Assembly (NCBI GenBank): GCA_036337435.1
Contig: JAYZEG010000011.1
Location: forward strand, 32,001-96,000
From: Myxococcota bacterium
Lineage (GTDB): Bacteria > Myxococcota_A > Bradymonadia > UBA7976 > UBA1532
DNA: 64,000 nt
Direction of reading: 5' to 3'
The position numbers and the translations under genes are program-made. Under the pieces are notes generated by a model. That model was given only the letters and a program-made list of their open reading frames with translations. It was not told where the DNA came from and did no database searches. Below are positions 60,605 to 64,000 of the stretch, piece by piece. Positions within the stretch are counted from its first letter, which is position 1. The number at the start of each line of letters is the position of its first letter.

Positions 60605-61249
60605 TCTTCATCAGTGAGTATTCGCCAACTGCGATCCAGGCAGTCAGAGGTCCGTTTGTGGTGGTCATCTTTGGGGTCTTGTTTGCCAACAAACAGTCAT
60701 ATCAGCGACGCGCTCGATTAAAGCCTACTGAAATTTAACACGGCCACGTAGTGACGTTTCGAAGACTGAAAGCGAAAAGACCCTCTCCAGGTCACTGGGC
60801 GGTGAATGAAAACCGTGCCAGCGTTCGTCGCTCTAGCTGAATCGCACAGCAGTCCGAACGAGTCGATGCACACTGGGGCCGCTCTTCGCAACCGTCCCAT
60901 TCGCACACCAGAACGATCGCAGCAGGCATAAACGCTGCGTGACGGCCCGCTGAGACGCTGTCGGTTTGCCCACACTCCATCGGGAACCTAAAGGCACTTC
61001 CCATCAGCAGATCCAATCATCGTTATCCGCCAGGTCTCAATCCAGGACGACATACAGTCTGTCTTCGATCTGTTACAGTTTCGATGTAGACCGAGATGGA
61101 GGGTCAGTTCAGTCGAACGATCCGCGGTGGCCCAGACGCATTCTGCAACAGAATGTCTGGTAACCTTGGCGCATTGGACCGCATCTGCACAGTGGACCAG
61201 CCGTAATGTATATATCCGGCGTGTTATTTTTGTCAGGACCAGCGTGCTT

Positions 61250-62143
61250 ATGAACAGTCTAGTGACCGGCGCAACCGGTTTAATCGGTCAGGCCCTTATC
61301 AAACGACTCGACGACCCGGTCCTCATGTCTCGTCGACCGGAGGCATTGGCATCTGGGTCTCGTCTGAAATGGCCTGTGGACGCCGGCACCGCGGCACCCG
61401 ATCGGGCTGTTGACGTGGTTTTTCACCTTGCGGGAGAACCGGTTGCCGGACGTCGCTGGACTCAACAGCGCATGGATGAAATACGAAACAGCCGTGTTGA
61501 TGGGACTCGGCAGTTGGTTTCCTGGATTGCCAACTGGCCGTCGGCGCCAAAGGTGCTTGTCTGCGCGTCGGCTATCGGATTTTACGGAGACCGGGGAGAC
61601 GAAATTCTCGTCGAGAACAGTCAGCCAGGGTCGAGTTTTCTCGCCGAGCTGTGCCAGGACTGGGAAGCAGAGGCGGCGAAAGCCGAGGCCCTTGGCGTGA
61701 GAGTTGTCTTTGCACGAATCGGGATCGTCCTAGCCAAAAACGGCGGCGCCCTAGAAAAAATGCTGCCGCCGTTTAAGATGGGCATAGGTGGGCCGCTCGG
61801 GAGCGGGCGCCAATGGATGTCGTGGATTCATCTGGATGACGTTGTCGGTCTTCTCCTCCATGCGGCACACGCCGATATATCGGGACCACTCAACACAGTC
61901 GCCCCCCAACCCAGCACAAATGCCGACTTCAGTCGAGTCTTAGCGGGCCACCTCAGTCGCCCGTCAGTACTGCGCGCCCCGGCATTCGCCCTAAGGCTGG
62001 CCTTAGGGAAAATGAGCGACATTGTCCTCGCGTCCCAAAAAGTGCTGCCGCGGGTTGCTGAAGAAACTGGCTACGTCTTTCAACAGCCCACACTCGATGG
62101 GGCGATTAAATCATGTCTAAGAATCAAGGGAGAACAGCCGTGA
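61250..62143 (+). CDS. TIGR01777-family NAD-dependent epimerase (YfcH/SDR39U1-like)
   Basis: TGATGLIG, HLAGEP...RWT, ASAIGFYG, RIGIVL...GGAL, GSGRQWMSWIH. Confidence 0.95.
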   Translation: MNSLVTGATGLIGQALIKRLDDPVLMSRRPEALASGSRLKWPVDAGTAAPDRAVDVVFHLAGEPVAGRRWTQQRMDEIRNSRVDGTRQLVSWIANWPSAPKVLVCASAIGFYGDRGDEILVENSQPGSSFLAELCQDWEAEAAKAEALGVRVVFARIGIVLAKNGGALEKMLPPFKMGIGGPLGSGRQWMSWIHLDDVVGLLLHAAHADISGPLNTVAPQPSTNADFSRVLAGHLSRPSVLRAPAFALRLALGKMSDIVLASQKVLPRVAEETGYVFQQPTLDGAIKSCLRIKGEQP

Positions 62144-62631
62144 CGATTGAGCCCAATGGAAACGAATATATCCTTCATCAGGAACAGTTCATCGCCCAAC
62201 CGCTGAGCGAGGTGTGGGCCTTTTTTTCGAACGCAGAAAACTTAGAACGTCTGACACCCGATTTCCTCAACTTCAAAATATTGACACCGACCCCAATCGA
62301 CATGTTCGAGGGCACTTTGATCGATTACCGCATTCGGCTTTTCGGTGTCCCCATGAATTGGCGTACCGAGATCATACATCTCGAACCTGAGGTGCGCTTC
62401 GTAGACCAGCAACTCAAGGGACCCTACGCAAAGTGGTACCATGAGCATCGATTTGAGGAGGTTGACGGTGGTACGCTGATGACCGACCGGGTCGAATATC
62501 GAGTTCCTTTTTCAGCCCTAGGACATCTGGCTCATTCGGTGATGGTAAAGCGCACTTTGCAGCGTATCTTTCAATATCGATATGACGCCGTGAGTGAGGT
62601 CTTCGGCGAGCCGTCCGAGCAAGCTGCCTAG
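62140..62631 (+). CDS. SRPBCC (START-like) family protein
   Basis: VWAFF...NL..LTP, FVD.Q..GPY..W.HEH.F, IF.YR; GTGA overlap (alternative ATG at 62113). Confidence 0.9.
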   Translation: MTIEPNGNEYILHQEQFIAQPLSEVWAFFSNAENLERLTPDFLNFKILTPTPIDMFEGTLIDYRIRLFGVPMNWRTEIIHLEPEVRFVDQQLKGPYAKWYHEHRFEEVDGGTLMTDRVEYRVPFSALGHLAHSVMVKRTLQRIFQYRYDAVSEVFGEPSEQAA

Positions 62632-63395
62632 GGGTCGGGGTGCATGATCAACTCGAGTCGCCGCAAGCACTCAAAACTCCATTGAGCGACCGTTTGGAAA
62701 TCACGCACTGTCGGAGACTCTGCATTCACGTCCAGCTTGCCTAACCACGCTTCATCAACAGCAATGGGCTCACCGAAAAGGACTCGCACCTGTTGACCAC
62801 GCTTGGGCACTGTGGTGCCGATGGGCAACAGTTCGTGCATACCATAATGGTAGAATGGAGCCAGCATAGGTTTTGCGTCGAGGATCAATTGGCCAATGCC
62901 CAATTTGAACGGTGTTTTCATCCTCGCATGTTCGTCTCGAGTTCGCCCACCTTCTGGAAAAATATGAACCCAATCTCCCAATTTCAGTCTCTCGGATAAA
63001 AAGGTTAAACCGGGCTGGTCGAGCCCTGCACCCCTGACGATGGGTACGCACTTTCCTGCAGCCGAGATGAAGCCCTTCAATGCGCTTCCGTAAAAGTTCT
63101 TATGGTCTGCTCCGATCCACCGGACATCCGAGAATTTCACTCGGCCCAAGTTAGAGACCAGTAGGGGATCATCAAAGAGAGAAACGTGATTACTAAACGA
63201 TAAGATGCCACGCTTTGTTGTTTGAAACGCGGAGTCCCAATTTTGCCGCTCAATAAACTCAAGATGATTTAATTTGGTCATCACAAATCGTGAATAGCCG
63301 ACGACAGCAGCACATAGAATTTTTTGATACGGGCGCGCTTTAGGATTCCAATGACGTAATTCAAAGTCCAAATCCAATGCATCTTTATCTGACAA
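62628..63395 (-). CDS. Tafazzin-like lysophospholipid acyltransferase/transacylase
   Basis: [10 protein letters not shown] (HxxxxD), [39 protein letters not shown]. Confidence 0.88.
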   Translation of the reverse strand: [255 protein letters not shown]

Positions 63396-63642
63396 GAGCC
63401 TGCCCTTTCGTCACCGGAGAACCATGTCGTTCTGGTATCGGTTCTCACCAGATAGAAGGTTATCACCGAAACCAGGGCAGTAACATGTGCATCGCAGAAC
63501 TATTTGTTTTTCTCTGGGAGTCATGGGATTTTGAAAAGCGGCCTCCACGGTAACTCCTGTCGGGTTTGGAGTATCCAGGTGGCTCGGGTCGCTTACAGAC
63601 TGATCTTGAAAATCACTGCGTGCGTGTCTAGGAGGGAGAGAT

Positions 63643-64000
63643 ATGGCCGCGGATAGAACGGCAGCGGTGCTGTACCTGCTCGGTTGCTTCGCCGTGATCG
63701 GATGTACATCCGAGTCCACAAATACAACAGACCAATGCGTAGAACCATGGGCATCGCACTACGGTGCCCGATTTTTGGCTGGTGAGACCTTCTACCTGCC
63801 CAAGGTGCGACCCGATGGGCCTTGCAGGTCTGCGCGTTGGACATTGGTTGACGCACCGGCAACAAATGCAGCCGATGTCCAGACAGCAGCTACCCTTACT
63901 CGCTTTAATCCAATGGTGCCGGGGCGATTCAAGTTTGACCTGACAGCCGGCGATGGAGCTCGAGTCCTCGCCGAAGTTATGCTGACGGTCATCGACCCCT
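63643..64000 (+). CDS. 5' part of a lipoprotein with PKD-like beta domain (runs off the right edge)
   Basis: Manual translation MAADRTAAVLYLLGCFAVIGC...WTLVDAP...F.P.VPGRFKFDL; AGGAGG RBS; not in the ORF track. Confidence 0.75.
   Translation, partial: MAADRTAAVLYLLGCFAVIGCTSESTNTTDQCVEPWASHYGARFLAGETFYLPKVRPDGPCRSARWTLVDAPATNAADVQTAATLTRFNPMVPGRFKFDLTAGDGARVLAEVMLTVIDP

Noticed and set aside
60605..61249. Cobalamin riboswitch near the B12-linked island
   Set aside because: Only an isolated GGGAAG on the minus strand; the B12-box and other conserved elements were not found by eye
63411..63992. Three short minus-strand ORFs at the right edge
   Set aside because: A plus-strand lipoprotein ORF from 63643 with a strong RBS explains most of the region

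Overview
Gene-dense, roughly 54% GC (estimated by eye) bacterial chromosome segment. Gene content points to Myxococcota or a related deltaproteobacterium: many Cys-rich lipoproteins, MopE/DUF4215-type repeats, a TonB-fused receptor and an ftp-like type III PKS operon. I found no rRNA, tRNA, CRISPR or mobile element. The left part (0.5-15 kb) is a housekeeping block: AI-2E transporter, HtrA protease, an RNA-modification operon (Rsm22-like methyltransferase, RluA-RlmI/K fusion), a Zn-less SIRT5/CobB-like sirtuin, GGT and a C39 peptidase. The middle (15-44 kb) is mostly cell-surface proteins: two giant paralogous lipase-fold lipoproteins flanking an outer-membrane barrel, repeat adhesins, a TonB receptor, a fasciclin, and several proteins with eukaryote-like domains. 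The right part (44.5-63.4 kb) is the highlight, a light-response island. It holds a class II photolyase, a B12-binding CarH/LitR regulator, a divergent ECF sigma, a RudS-like DUF523/DUF1722 protein, a fasciclin, TIGR01777 and SRPBCC genes. It has no carotenoid genes and instead carries a type III PKS / ACP / FAAL / monooxygenase / three-methyltransferase cluster. The promoters of that cluster share CarH-type 11-bp TnnACA repeats and exact 10-11-mers with the carH/sigma intergenic region. The island ends in an acyltransferase that closely resembles mitochondrial tafazzin. All family assignments come from motifs recognised by eye, not from database searches.
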